Positions 36,561-45,499 of a stretch of DNA of 64,000 nucleotides are shown here, one piece after another; within the stretch, counting starts at the first letter, position 1, and every line of letters begins with the position of its first letter. Source of the stretch: Clostridia bacterium (GTDB lineage: Bacteria; Bacillota; Clostridia; Oscillospirales; RGIG8002); the NCBI GenBank assembly GCA_017438525.1, contig JAFRVI010000004.1:15281-79280 (forward strand), in the 5' to 3' direction. Below the pieces are notes generated by a model. It was not told where the DNA came from, did not search any database, and saw only the letters and a program-made list of their open reading frames with translations. The position numbers and the translations under genes are program-made.

Positions 36561-37793
36561 TTACAGAGCGAAATTGCCGTCGATAAAGACCGGCGTTTCT
36601 TTGCCGTCCGCGCCGACGCCGACGATCGAGAGGTCAGCCGTGCCGACCATAAAGTCCTCGTGCGTGACGGATGAGTTAAGCCCGGCGGCGTTCAACTCTT
36701 CGCGCGACATGGACGCCCCGCCCGCGACGCAGGGATAAGCGTCGCCGAAGGCAAGGTGGCAGGATGCGTTTTCGTCAAAGAGCGTGTTGTAAAACAGCGT
36801 TTTCATATCGGATATCGGCGATTTGAAGGGCACGAGGGCGACTTCGCCGAGGTAGCTCGCGCCTTCGTCGACCGCGATCGCGGCTTTGAGGATATCTTCG
36901 TTTGTCCTTGCGGTCGCGCTTACAATCCTGCCGTCTTTGAATTCCATAACTATGCCGTTGATGACGTTGCCGTCCTTGACCAGCGGCATGGAGGCGACGA
37001 CTCTGCCGTTGACTCCGTCGCGCTTCGGCGCGGTGAAAACCTCTTCAGTCGGCATATTCGCGACGAAGACCTGTCCTTTCGTCGTAACTTCGCTGCCGCC
37101 GAGCCATACGTGGTTATCGGGCAGTTCTATCGTCAGATCGGTGCCTATGGAATTAGAGTAACGCAGCTTTTTGAAGGCGAGGGAAGTGAGCTTTTCGCAT
37201 CTCGCCGCAAGGGTGGCGATGTGTTCGCGCCAGCGTTCGACCGCGTTTCCGCTTCCGTCGATGCGAAGCGCGGAAAAGATCTTGTTCCACAGGCCGTCGA
37301 CGGCTTCTTTGTCAGAAAGGTCTGGCGATACCTTTTTCGCCCACGATACGATCGGGATCGAAGCGACGCACCACGGGAAGTCGTTGCGCATCTGCATATT
37401 GCGGTAGTCTTCCATAGCGGCGCCCGCGACGCGCTCCCATCCAAGCAGACGGGCGGGGTCGACGCCCTTCATACTTTCCGGGTCGGACGCGTAGATCGCG
37501 AGCTTTGCCGCGCCGTCGTCCGCGAGATCCATAAGGAAGTCGCGTCTCCATGACGGGAATGATTCAAAAATCTTGTCTTCGGCGCGAAGGAACTTCTCGC
37601 GCGCGAGATAATCGTCCGACCAGTTCACGACAACTTCCGCGCATCCGGCGTCGTAGGCTGCCGTTGCGCAAAGACGCACAAACTCAGCGCAGTCGACGGG
37701 CGCGTTGATGAGAAGGCGCTGGCCTTTTCGGATATTTACGCCGACTTCAACGAGCAGCCGCGCGTATTCTGTAAGCATTTCTTTGTTAATCAT
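36561..37793 (-). CDS. Aminopeptidase, M29 (AmpS/PepS) family
   Basis: YARLLVEVGVNI, ANMPTEEVFTAP, GEVALV, FDENASCHLAFG, SVTHEDFM; start likely ATG 37793. Confidence 0.94.
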   Translation of the reverse strand: MINKEMLTEYARLLVEVGVNIRKGQRLLINAPVDCAEFVRLCATAAYDAGCAEVVVNWSDDYLAREKFLRAEDKIFESFPSWRRDFLMDLADDGAAKLAIYASDPESMKGVDPARLLGWERVAGAAMEDYRNMQMRNDFPWCVASIPIVSWAKKVSPDLSDKEAVDGLWNKIFSALRIDGSGNAVERWREHIATLAARCEKLTSLAFKKLRYSNSIGTDLTIELPDNHVWLGGSEVTTKGQVFVANMPTEEVFTAPKRDGVNGRVVASMPLVKDGNVINGIVMEFKDGRIVSATARTNEDILKAAIAVDEGASYLGEVALVPFKSPISDMKTLFYNTLFDENASCHLAFGDAYPCVAGGASMSREELNAAGLNSSVTHEDFMVGTADLSIVGVGADGKETPVFIDGNFAL

Positions 37794-37803
37794 AGATTTC
37801 ACC

Positions 37804-38670
37804 TCAAATTATCGTCACGCCGGTTTTTGAAGGCGTGGTTATATATGACAGTATCGGCTTGTGGAGGCGTTTTTTACACTTTTCCGCGATGATGCGCGAA
37901 TCGAAAACGCCGAAGACGGAAGTTCCGCTGCCGGACATGCAGGACGCTTTCGCGCCGTTTTCGAGGAGCTTTTCGGCGATATGCCTGACTGTGCCGACGC
38001 AGCTTTCGGTTATCGGCTGCAGTTTGTTCGCCATATGCAGGCACAGAGTGTCGAGATCGCCTTCGTTCAGCGCGTTGACGGCGGCCGTGTTGTTCACTTC
38101 GGGAAGCGATCCGCCGTATTCGTCATATAGCGCGAATGCTTTGGGAGTAGACATTCCGCGCAAGGGCTTTGCGATAAGAATATAGCAGTCGGGCATATCG
38201 GGAAGCTTCGTTATTATTTCGCCGACGCCTTCGCAGAGCGCCGTTCCGCCCGTAAGGCAGAACGGAACGTCCGCGCCGAGTTTCAAACCAAGCTCTTTCA
38301 GCTCGTCAAGCGAGAGTCCGCAATCAAAGAATTTATTCAGACCGACGAGCACCGCCGCGGCGTCCGCGCTTCCTCCGGCAAGTCCGGCGGAAACCGGTAT
38401 CCGCTTTTTGAGGTCGATATGCACGTTGTGCGGCAGCGACATGGTATCAAGAAACAACCTCGCGGTCTTGAACACGAGGTTGTTTTCGTTTACGGGTATG
38501 CGCGTGCTTCCGGATGAAAAGAGGATGCCTTCTGAAATGCTGTCGATAGTTATTACGTCGGCGAGCGCGACCGACTGCATTATCATCGAAAGAGAGTGGT
38601 ATCCGTTATCCGTGAAGCCCGTCACGTCGAGCGTAAGGTTTATTTTTGCGTGTGCCTTGAGAGTTATCAT
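37804..38670 (-). CDS. ispE: 4-diphosphocytidyl-2-C-methyl-D-erythritol kinase
   Basis: AHAKINLTLDV, KRIPVSAGLAGGSADAAA, GADVPF, MSGSGTSVFG. Confidence 0.96.
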   Translation of the reverse strand: MITLKAHAKINLTLDVTGFTDNGYHSLSMIMQSVALADVITIDSISEGILFSSGSTRIPVNENNLVFKTARLFLDTMSLPHNVHIDLKKRIPVSAGLAGGSADAAAVLVGLNKFFDCGLSLDELKELGLKLGADVPFCLTGGTALCEGVGEIITKLPDMPDCYILIAKPLRGMSTPKAFALYDEYGGSLPEVNNTAAVNALNEGDLDTLCLHMANKLQPITESCVGTVRHIAEKLLENGAKASCMSGSGTSVFGVFDSRIIAEKCKKRLHKPILSYITTPSKTGVTII

Positions 38671-39839
38671 TTCTTCAGTTCGGCAATGAACGTGCCGATC
38701 CTTTCGAGAGCTTCAACAAGGTGGTTGACGGAGTAGGAGTAGGAAATGCGTACGAATCCTTCGCCGGATGCGCCGAAGGCGTTTCCCGGTACGACCGCGA
38801 CCTTCTTTGAATGGAGCAGGCGGGTGCAGAATTCTTCGCTCGTGAGTCCGAGTTTTGAGACATTCGGGAAAACGTAGAACGCTCCGAGCGGCTCGAAGCA
38901 GGGGAGCCCGAGCTTGCGGAGTCCGTCGACGACGAGCTTGCGGCGCATATCGTAGCTTTCGCGCATATTCGCGATGTCTTCATCGCCGTCGCGCAGCGCC
39001 TCTATCGCGGCGTACTGCGCAGACGTTGGCGCGCACATGATGCAGAACTGATGTATCTTCAGCATCTGCTTTAATATCGGAGCGGGAGCGCAGGCGTATC
39101 CGAGGCGCCAGCCGGTCATCGCGTACGCCTTCGAGAATCCGCTGACGAGGACGGTGCGCTCGCGCATACCGTCTATCGAGGCGATGGAAACGTGGCCTTC
39201 GCCGGTATAGGTAAGCTCGCCGTAAATCTCGTCGGAGAGAATCATTATATCCGTTCCGCGCAGGAAACCCGCGAGAGCTTCGAGGTCGCTTTTGCGCATT
39301 ACCGCGCCGGTCGGATTGTTCGGGAAGGGGAGTACCAGCAGTTTTGTTTTAGGCGTAATAAGCGGCTTAATGTCGTCGACGGTCAGCCGGAATTCGTTTT
39401 CCTCACGCGTGGGAACGGGAACGGGAACGCCGCCCGCGAGGGACGTTATCGGCGAATAACAGACGAAGGACGGCTCCGGAATGAGAACTTCGTCGCCCGG
39501 AGAAACCAGCGCGCGTATCGCTATATCTATCGCCTCGCTGCCGCCTACGGTAACGACGACTTCGGACTTTGGATCGTAATTCAGCCCGAAGCGCCGCGAA
39601 AGGTAGCGGCTTATCTCATCGCGAAGCGGAGCAAGACCGCGGTTGGCGGTGTAGAAGGTCTTGCCCGTTTCAAGCGAATATATGCCCGCTTCGCGAATGT
39701 GCCACGGGGTCATGAAGTCGGGTTCTCCGACGCCGAGCGTTATAACGTCGTCCATTTCGGCGGCGATGTCGAAGAACCTTCTTATGCCCGACGGTTTGAT
39801 CGCGCATACTGCGGGGTTGAGAATCTTATCGTAATCCAT
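38667..39839 (-). CDS. PLP-dependent aminotransferase class I/II (YugH/AlaT-like)
   Basis: PSGIRRFFD, LGVGEPDF, PNNPTG, SDEIY, SGFSKAYAMTGWRLG. Confidence 0.93.
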   Translation of the reverse strand: MDYDKILNPAVCAIKPSGIRRFFDIAAEMDDVITLGVGEPDFMTPWHIREAGIYSLETGKTFYTANRGLAPLRDEISRYLSRRFGLNYDPKSEVVVTVGGSEAIDIAIRALVSPGDEVLIPEPSFVCYSPITSLAGGVPVPVPTREENEFRLTVDDIKPLITPKTKLLVLPFPNNPTGAVMRKSDLEALAGFLRGTDIMILSDEIYGELTYTGEGHVSIASIDGMRERTVLVSGFSKAYAMTGWRLGYACAPAPILKQMLKIHQFCIMCAPTSAQYAAIEALRDGDEDIANMRESYDMRRKLVVDGLRKLGLPCFEPLGAFYVFPNVSKLGLTSEEFCTRLLHSKKVAVVPGNAFGASGEGFVRISYSYSVNHLVEALERIGTFIAELKK

Positions 39840-40318
39840 CAGAACAGGCCTTCCTCACGGACCGGCGGCTCGTTTTCAACGAAAACAACGCCGTCATCCT
39901 TGTATTTCTTGAGCATAAAGTGCGTCGCGCAGGAGAGTATCTGTTCGAGAGGAGCGAGGCGGGAGGAAACGAAGGTCGCGACGTCCTTCAGCGTCTTTCC
40001 CTCGACGACCGCGAGGAAATCGTAGGCGCCGGAAACGAGATACAAGCTCTTCACCTCGGGGAATTGGAAGATGCGTTCGGCGACTGCCTCGAAGCCGTGT
40101 CCGCGCTGCGGAGTGACCTTGATCTCTATAAGTGCGGTGGTGGTGTCCTTTTCGGTTTTGTCCCAGTTGACTACGGCGGAGTAGCAAACGATGGTCTTGT
40201 TCTTTTCGAGCTCCGCAACGGTTTTCGCGACCTCTTCAACGCTCATTCCGAGCATACTGGCGAGCTGTTCGTTCGTAAGTTTTGCATTGTTTTTGAGAAG
40301 TTCAAGCAGCTTTAACAT
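39839..40318 (-). CDS. Lrp/AsnC family transcriptional regulator (YugG/AlaR-like)
   Basis: N-terminal HTH; KVTPQRGHGF..AERI..FPEVKSLYLVSGAYD; coupled to aminotransferase. Confidence 0.92.
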   Translation of the reverse strand: MLKLLELLKNNAKLTNEQLASMLGMSVEEVAKTVAELEKNKTIVCYSAVVNWDKTEKDTTTALIEIKVTPQRGHGFEAVAERIFQFPEVKSLYLVSGAYDFLAVVEGKTLKDVATFVSSRLAPLEQILSCATHFMLKKYKDDGVVFVENEPPVREEGLF

Positions 40319-40341
40319 GTGTTTTTCCTCCGTTTCGTTAA

Positions 40342-41199
40342 TCAGAATTCGACAAGCTTTGGCTTGCGGTCATTATAGACGGTGTAATGGGTGAATCCTG
40401 CCGCCTTCGCGATATCGACGGCAACGTTGAAATCCGCGGCGACGACGTCGGCAGTGTGTGCGTCGGAGCCGATCGTGATCATTTCGCCGCCGAAAGATTT
40501 ATAGAGCCGAACGAGGTCAGGCCAGGGATCAGTGACGCGATAGTCGTGATTGCGAACTCCGCCGGTGTTGATTTCCAGCGCTCTGCCTGAATCGACTACG
40601 AGGCGGAAGATGCGGCTTATTTCTTTGTCGAAAAGGGAAAGGTCTTTTATCCCGAGGAAACCTTTGTACCGCATGGGATAGGTCAGATGCGCGAGCACGT
40701 CGAAATCGCAGGTCTCGCACATTTCGATAATCTCCTCAAAATACATCTTCAGCATGCCTTCGGGATCGGGAAGGGCTTCCATAAAATAGAAGTCGACGTT
40801 TCCGCGGATATTGTGCATCGACCCGAGCAGGCAGTCGAACTTGTAGTTGTCGAGCAGATAACGCTCATCGTCGTGATTCTGCGTGGCTTCGCCGACCTCG
40901 GCGCCTCTCTTTACCTTCAACACCGGTTCGAATTCAAGCGCCGCCCGCGCTATTGAAGCGTAGGACGCGGCGAGGACGTCGCGGCACTCTTTATATCCGC
41001 AGTCATAGTGGTCTGTAATACAGATCTCGGCAAGCCCGGCTTTGACTGCGGCGGAACAGACGTTGAATATATTCTCTTTAGAATCCGGCGACGCTTCGGT
41101 ATGAGTATGATAGTCTGCGAGTTTCTTGATTTCATCAGTCGCAAAGGGGGACGGAAGCGGGGCGGGATGTGTTCTTTCGATAGTTGCGAGCGTACTCAT
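40342..41199 (-). CDS. PHP-family histidinol-phosphatase (HisJ/HisK-like)
   Basis: DYHTHT..SPD, CITDH, GSMH, LAHL.YP, LEINT, GSDAH. Confidence 0.88.
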   Translation of the reverse strand: MSTLATIERTHPAPLPSPFATDEIKKLADYHTHTEASPDSKENIFNVCSAAVKAGLAEICITDHYDCGYKECRDVLAASYASIARAALEFEPVLKVKRGAEVGEATQNHDDERYLLDNYKFDCLLGSMHNIRGNVDFYFMEALPDPEGMLKMYFEEIIEMCETCDFDVLAHLTYPMRYKGFLGIKDLSLFDKEISRIFRLVVDSGRALEINTGGVRNHDYRVTDPWPDLVRLYKSFGGEMITIGSDAHTADVVAADFNVAVDIAKAAGFTHYTVYNDRKPKLVEF

Positions 41200-41227
41200 A
41201 AAAACCTCTAAAAACTTGATTTTATTA

Positions 41228-41256
41228 TTGAAAAGTGCATTTCGTCGTGATATAAT
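41228..41256 (+). promoter_or_regulatory. sigma-A promoter for SGNH-dockerin cluster
   Basis: TTGAAA-17nt-TATAAT, extended -10. Confidence 0.7.
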
Positions 41257-41303
41257 GAGATGATAGAGTAGGCGTAAGCGTCTTTCTTTGAGTTGTTAAG
41301 TAT

Positions 41304-41332
41304 ATTATAAGCGTCGAATCCTCATTTTGCAA
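41304..41332 (-). promoter_or_regulatory. sigma-A promoter for PHP-Lrp-aminotransferase-ispE operon
   Basis: TTGCAA-17nt-TATAAT on minus strand. Confidence 0.7.
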
Positions 41333-41352
41333 TACTAAAAGGAGATTTTGGA

Positions 41353-42744
41353 ATGAAAAGATTCTTTTCCGTCATAATTGCCCTTTCGATAGCGGCGTCG
41401 CTTTTTATAATCTCGCCGGTAACCGCGAAAGCATTATATAAAGTAAAAATCGCCTGCATAGGCGACAGCATTACTGACGGCGGCTTTATACCGGGATACG
41501 GCTATCCCGACGGACAGGGCCTCGATGACCCCCGCTGCTATCCGAAGCAGCTTGAAGCTCTGCTCGGCGAGAACTACGAGGTAAAGAACTTCGGAGACAG
41601 CGGCAGAACGCTGATGAGCACCGCGGATTATCCTTATATTTCCGCTCCCGGCGAGCTCTATCGTGAAAGTCTTGAATATGACGCTGATATAGTTCTGATA
41701 ATGCTCGGTACCAACGACGCGAAGGTTACGAACGATCCGAGCACCACGAACTGGAAAGAGGATAGTCCGCAGCAGTTCAAGACCGATCTGGAGGCGCTTA
41801 TCGAGGTTTATCGCAATCTGCCGAGTCATCCGACGGTTTATGTGCTGACTTCGCCGACCGCGTTCAACAACGGCGCTTATAACATCGTTCCCGCCAATGT
41901 CGACACGATAGCGGAACTGCAGCGCGAGGTCGCCGCGGATCTCAACGCTCCGCTTATCGATATGCACACGCTCACGGCTGATATGGGAACTTATTTCAGT
42001 GATAACATCCACCCGAATCAGGCGGGCTACGCCCGTTTGGCGCAGCTTGTATATAATGAGCTTGTGCCGACTTTCACAGCGCCTTCCGCGCCTGTTGACG
42101 TCAGAGTCGTGAGCAACGGCAGCGGCAGGTCGATCGTTTCCTGGACGACCGGCAATAAGGGCGGACTGCCTACGCTTAATTTCAAGGTCTACATAGACGG
42201 CGAATTCATCGCGGACTTCGAACGCATGACTTACACCGCGAAAAACCTCACCAACGGCAGCGTATATGATTTCAACGTGACCGCCGTCAATTCGCTCGGC
42301 GAATCCGTTTTTTCGGAAACCGTGCAGCTTCAACCGACCGCGGCGGACCCGAAAGTCACAGGCGTTGCCGACGGAGTCGTTTACGACCTCGCGGACGGAG
42401 CGCCGAAGGCGAGCTGGAAAACGGCTACTTCAGCCACTCTCGACGGTAACGAATACGTGAAAGACACGGAAATAACAACTTTAGGCGAACATACTCTTGT
42501 CGTTACAAATGATAACGTCGTCGTTTCCGTAACCTTCACGGTTATTGATTCATCCTTTATGCCCGGAGATATGGACGGCGACGGCGAGATCACCGTCGCG
42601 GACGCGCTCGCGGTACTGCGCATTGCCGCGAAACTTGCTGATGAGACACCCGACGCTCTGCGTATTGGAGATATGGACGGCGACGGCGAGATCACCGTCG
42701 CGGACGCTCTCGCGGTACTGCGCATCGCCGCGAAACTTGCGTGA
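41353..42744 (+). CDS. Secreted SGNH/GDSL esterase 1 (sialate O-acetylesterase-like) + Fn3 + Ig-like + dockerin
   Basis: Signal peptide; SGNH blocks GDSIT, NFGDSG, GTND, DNIHP; Fn3 (SWT..GLP..FKVY...Y.F.V.AVN..GES); double GDMDGDGEITVADALAVLRIAAKLA. Confidence 0.88.
   Translation: MKRFFSVIIALSIAASLFIISPVTAKALYKVKIACIGDSITDGGFIPGYGYPDGQGLDDPRCYPKQLEALLGENYEVKNFGDSGRTLMSTADYPYISAPGELYRESLEYDADIVLIMLGTNDAKVTNDPSTTNWKEDSPQQFKTDLEALIEVYRNLPSHPTVYVLTSPTAFNNGAYNIVPANVDTIAELQREVAADLNAPLIDMHTLTADMGTYFSDNIHPNQAGYARLAQLVYNELVPTFTAPSAPVDVRVVSNGSGRSIVSWTTGNKGGLPTLNFKVYIDGEFIADFERMTYTAKNLTNGSVYDFNVTAVNSLGESVFSETVQLQPTAADPKVTGVADGVVYDLADGAPKASWKTATSATLDGNEYVKDTEITTLGEHTLVVTNDNVVVSVTFTVIDSSFMPGDMDGDGEITVADALAVLRIAAKLADETPDALRIGDMDGDGEITVADALAVLRIAAKLA
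42565..42741 (+). repeat. Near-identical coding repeats (dockerin halves, 102-nt period); further copies at 43956, 45314, 45416 and 23758-23934 (minus)
   Basis: GATATGGACGGCGACGGCGAGATCACCGTCGCGGACGC (38 nt) identical at 42568, 42670 and 43956. Confidence 0.9.
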
Positions 42745-42788
42745 TAAATCTTTTCATTTTATATTCACAACCGAAAGGGGGGCAGCGT

Positions 42789-44132
42789 GTGAAAAGATTG
42801 GTTTCGCTTATTACAGCGTTATCGCTCATGATGTCGCTTCTCATTATCCTTCCGACAGAGGTTAAAGCCGTTTACAAGGCGAAAATCGCATGCGTAGGCG
42901 ACAGCATTACATACGGATACGGTCTCGACGATCCGCGAAGCTTCCCGTCGCAGCTCGGCGTGCTTCTTCAGGAAAACTACGAAGTCAGGAACTTCGGCGC
43001 GGGCGGCAAGACGCTTATGAGCACCGGAGATACCCCTTATACGCAATATATCGAGTATCAGCCGAGTCTTGAATATGAAGGCGATATCGTTCTGATAATG
43101 CTCGGCACGAACGACGCCAAGTATTATAACTGGCATCCCGATTCTTCTCCGGCCGTTCTGAAGCGCGAACTGAAACAACTTGTTCAGACATACCGCGATC
43201 TGCCGAGCAAACCCACGGTGTTCATTATGACGTCCCCGACGCTTTTCGAGGGATGCCACCACGACTTCATACCATCTAACGTCGATACGATCGCGCAGCT
43301 TCAGCGTGAAGTTGCAGAGGAGATCAACGCTCCGCTTATAGACCTGCACACGTTCACCGCGGATATGGAGCAGTATTTCGAGGATAAAATCCACCCGAAT
43401 GCCGATGGATACGCCTTGATCGCCGATTACATCGACGATATTATCGTCGCTAACGAGGGAACGCTTCCCGGAGCTCCGAAAGACCCTTACGTTTTAAGAA
43501 ACTCCAGCGGAAGGTCTATCGTTATGTGGAGCACCGGACCGAAGGGCGGACTGCCGCTTCTCTCGTTCAACGTCTACATTAACGGCGAATTCTACGGAAA
43601 CAGCCGCAGCACAACGTTTACCGTAACTAAGCTTACGAACGGCGTTACTTATGAAATGACGGTTACTTCGCTTAACGCAAACGGCGAATCAGAGCGGTCC
43701 GAGGTCGTAATACTCGAACCGACGGCGGACGATCCGAAGGTTACCGGCGTTGAAGACGGCGGCGTTTACGATCTCTCCGAGGTCGCACCGCCGAAGGCAA
43801 GCTGGAAAAAAGCAACGTCCGCAACCCTCGACGGCGCTGAATACGCTAAAGATACCGAAATAACCGCCCCGGGCGAGCACGTCCTCGTCATCACTAACGA
43901 AAACGTAACCGTTACTGTCACCTTTACGGTTATCGCTCGCGAAACCGCCGCAGGTGATATGGACGGCGACGGCGAGATCACCGTCGCGGACGCTCTCGCG
44001 GTACTCCGCATCGCGGCGAAACTTGCCGACGAAACACCCGACGCTCTCCGCGTCGGAGATATGGACGCCGACGGCGCGATTACGGTTTCCGACGCTTTGA
44101 GAGTTCTTCGTATCGCCGCTAAGCTCGCGTAA
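42789..44132 (+). CDS. Secreted SGNH/GDSL esterase 2 + Fn3 + Ig-like + dockerin
   Basis: GTG start 42789 after GAAAGGGG; GDSITYG, NFGAGG, GTNDA, DKIHP; same C-terminal modules. Confidence 0.88.
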   Translation: MKRLVSLITALSLMMSLLIILPTEVKAVYKAKIACVGDSITYGYGLDDPRSFPSQLGVLLQENYEVRNFGAGGKTLMSTGDTPYTQYIEYQPSLEYEGDIVLIMLGTNDAKYYNWHPDSSPAVLKRELKQLVQTYRDLPSKPTVFIMTSPTLFEGCHHDFIPSNVDTIAQLQREVAEEINAPLIDLHTFTADMEQYFEDKIHPNADGYALIADYIDDIIVANEGTLPGAPKDPYVLRNSSGRSIVMWSTGPKGGLPLLSFNVYINGEFYGNSRSTTFTVTKLTNGVTYEMTVTSLNANGESERSEVVILEPTADDPKVTGVEDGGVYDLSEVAPPKASWKKATSATLDGAEYAKDTEITAPGEHVLVITNENVTVTVTFTVIARETAAGDMDGDGEITVADALAVLRIAAKLADETPDALRVGDMDADGAITVSDALRVLRIAAKLA

Positions 44133-44146
44133 GAAAGGGTAAGGAT

Positions 44147-45490
44147 ATGAAAAAAGCGCTGTCATTACTGGTTTTGCTTTCGATAGTCATTTCCGTTTGC
44201 GCGTTTGCGCCGTTCGTTGCCGAAGCGGCGCAGGTGATCAAAGTAGCTTGCATCGGCGACAGCATAACGTACGGCTACGGGCTTACGAGCTCGATGAGTT
44301 ATCCGACAAAGCTCGAGGGATATTTGGGCTCCAACTATGAGGTGACGAATTTCGGCGAGGGAAGCGCTACCATGCTTTCTGACGGCAAGAAGCCGTATAT
44401 CAGTCTTGATATTTATCAGCAGAGTCTGCAGTACGATTGCGACATAGTCGTTATCATGCTCGGCACGAACGACGGCAAGGAGTTTAACTGGGAAGGCAGT
44501 AATCCGAGAATAAACAAGTTCAAAAGCGAGCTTTCCGATCTGATTGATACCTACCGCGCGCTTCCTACTCATCCGACCGTTTACGTAATGACATCCCCCA
44601 CGGTTTTCGAAAACGGGAGTTACGGCATCGTTCCCGCAAGAGTAACCGAAATATCCGGACTTCAAAAGGAAGTAGCCGCGGAAAAGGACTGTCCGGTTAT
44701 CGATATGCACACTCTGACCGCAGATCAGAAGGATAAATTCCGCGACGACTACGTGCATCCCGAGGAATCCGGATACGACTTCATCGCGCAAAAAGTCGCG
44801 GAGCATATTCAGGCCTATCCCGGACGCGTCCCGGGTATCCCGCACAGTCTCGAAGTAAGGGATGCATCGAAAAGCGCTATTATTTCCTGGAAAATGACTG
44901 ACAAAGGCGATCTTCCGATGATTTCATACAATGTGTATGTCAATGGGGAGCTTTCAACGACGAGTTCGGGATTGACCGCGCGAGTCGGGAAACTTGTCAA
45001 CGGTCGGGAATACGAGATCCGCATTTCCGCGGTGAATGCCGTCGGAGAATCGGCGCTTTCCGAACCTGTCCTCGCGCATCCTACCGCCGCCGATCCTAAG
45101 GTTACCGGCGTAGAAGACGGAGCCGTTTATGATCTCGCGGACGGTGCGCCGGCGGCGAGTTGGAAGACTGCGACATCAGCTACGCTCGACGGCGAAGAAT
45201 ATGTCAAAGGTACGGAGATAACCGCCGAGGGAGAACATCTGCTTGTAGTAACTAATGATAATGTTGTCGTTACGATAGCGTTCACAGTGGTTAATTCGGC
45301 ATTTATACAGGGCGATATGGACGGAGACGGCGAAGTAACGGTCGCGGACGCTCTTGCGGTTCTTCGCATCGCCGCGAAGCTTGTTCCGGAAACGTCCGAA
45401 GCAATACGCATCGGCGATATGGACGGAGACGGCGAAATCACCGTTTCCGACGCTTTGCGGGTCCTTCGTATAGCCGCAAAACTCGCATAA
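44147..45490 (+). CDS. Secreted SGNH/GDSL esterase 3 + Fn3 + Ig-like + dockerin
   Basis: GDSITYG, NFGEGS, GTNDG, DYVHP; same C-terminal modules. Confidence 0.88.
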   Translation: MKKALSLLVLLSIVISVCAFAPFVAEAAQVIKVACIGDSITYGYGLTSSMSYPTKLEGYLGSNYEVTNFGEGSATMLSDGKKPYISLDIYQQSLQYDCDIVVIMLGTNDGKEFNWEGSNPRINKFKSELSDLIDTYRALPTHPTVYVMTSPTVFENGSYGIVPARVTEISGLQKEVAAEKDCPVIDMHTLTADQKDKFRDDYVHPEESGYDFIAQKVAEHIQAYPGRVPGIPHSLEVRDASKSAIISWKMTDKGDLPMISYNVYVNGELSTTSSGLTARVGKLVNGREYEIRISAVNAVGESALSEPVLAHPTAADPKVTGVEDGAVYDLADGAPAASWKTATSATLDGEEYVKGTEITAEGEHLLVVTNDNVVVTIAFTVVNSAFIQGDMDGDGEVTVADALAVLRIAAKLVPETSEAIRIGDMDGDGEITVSDALRVLRIAAKLA

Positions 45491-45499
45491 GGAATCACA

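Noticed and set aside
23758-45487. Recurrent 70-75-nt repeats resembling a CRISPR array or DGR template/variable repeats
   Set aside because: They are in-frame dockerin coding halves. There are no unique spacers, cas genes or reverse transcriptase, and differences are not confined to adenines.
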